DNA from: a virus
IMG/VR virus record: IMGVR_UViG_3300020401_000014
Coordinates: 32,001 to 96,000 of that record
Strand: one strand, 5' to 3'
DNA length: 64,000 nt
The translations under genes and the position numbers were made by a program. The notes beneath the pieces were generated by a model. It was given only the letters and a program-made list of their open reading frames with translations. It did no database searches and was not told the origin of the DNA. How positions within the stretch are numbered: the stretch's first letter is position 1; each line of letters starts with the position of its first letter. Shown here piece after piece: positions 63,302-64,000 of this stretch.

Positions 63302-63601
63302 TCATAATCCGTGATTTTTTTTATCTTCATCAGTCCATTCTTGGTCAAAAAGCTCTTCCATAATATTAGTTGAAAACTCTTCTACCGAATGTCCTTGAGG
63401 CATAAGGGATTGAATATAGGCTACAACTTTCTTTCCGACTTCGTCATGTATAGGAGAAAAAGTATAAGTGGTCATATCTTTATCGCTACCATATCCAAAC
63501 TCAATAACAATGTGGCAATCGTCTATCACTTCTTTATTTGTGATCGGACAAGTTTGATCTAAAGTCTCGTCATAAAATGGATCTGATTTTTTACTCATCA
63601 A
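63302..63601 (-). CDS. hypothetical protein
   Basis: FGYGSDKD motif; operon ORF. Confidence 0.6.
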   Translation of the reverse strand: MMSKKSDPFYDETLDQTCPITNKEVIDDCHIVIEFGYGSDKDMTTYTFSPIHDEVGKKVVAYIQSLMPQGHSVEEFSTNIMEELFDQEWTDEDKKNHGL

Positions 63602-63938
63602 AAAACAATCCTTTCATAGTATCGTTCCATTCTTTTTGTGTTTCTAGCATTTCTTGTTTATTTACTTCAAACCATTCCTTGTCTTCTTCGACTCTCCATG
63701 CTCCTTCTTCGGGATAATCAATGTAACACCAATGGGTTACATCTCCTGTTAAAAAACCTGAATGGCTACCAAATACATGATTATTTGAATTGGGGTAATC
63801 TTCATCTCTGCCATAATAAAAACCCGTCCATACTCCTGTTCCTTCAAAGAAATAAAGCAATCTTCTAGCTTCTTCGGGAACTTGATCTTCAATTTTAGTC
63901 CAATTAATCATTTTCCATTTTCGCAATCTTTGTGCCAA
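63591..63938 (-). CDS. DUF551-like protein
   Basis: NWTKIEDQVPE...VTHW motif. Confidence 0.7.
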   Translation of the reverse strand: MAQRLRKWKMINWTKIEDQVPEEARRLLYFFEGTGVWTGFYYGRDEDYPNSNNHVFGSHSGFLTGDVTHWCYIDYPEEGAWRVEEDKEWFEVNKQEMLETQKEWNDTMKGLFFDE

Positions 63939-64000
63939 TCGCCTACTATTTTATTTGAGTGGCTTTTACCCCAAAATCCACATAGACATGGGTCATTTGA

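Noticed and set aside
1-64000. Stop-codon reassignment
   Set aside because: Long genes, including the 6050-aa ORF, are intact in the standard code, and TAA, TAG and TGA all act as stops

Overview
64 kb of a large, AT-rich tailed-phage (Caudoviricetes, probably jumbo) genome, read in the standard code. No host genes, integrase, transposase or CRISPR array were seen. Left arm (1-32.3 kb, mostly minus strand): a holin-like/lipoprotein/S8-protease cassette, PhoH, an orphan MbcA/ParS-type antitoxin domain, a 6050-aa repeat-rich virion or adhesin-like protein, and a glycan-tailoring cluster (5 glycosyltransferase-like genes, an O-methyltransferase, 2 sulfotransferase-like genes, an APS kinase-nucleotidyltransferase fusion) with Hsp20. 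Right arm (32.4-64 kb): an early/host-takeover-like region of small genes that converge near 38.0 kb, plus rIIA/rIIB, DNA ligase, UvsE, two HhH glycosylase-like proteins, a XhoI/PaeR7I-like nuclease and a GT25. The most unusual signals are non-coding: (1) a ~185-nt RNA with 6S (SsrS) architecture under a perfect sigma70 promoter; (2) a 133-nt tRNA scaffold with a ~60-nt expanded anticodon arm; (3) nine doublets of a 25-bp palindrome with an exact 52-bp period between early transcription units; (4) many early genes whose ATG lies 6-7 nt after a sigma70 -10 box (leaderless). All family assignments come from manual motif recognition, not database searches.
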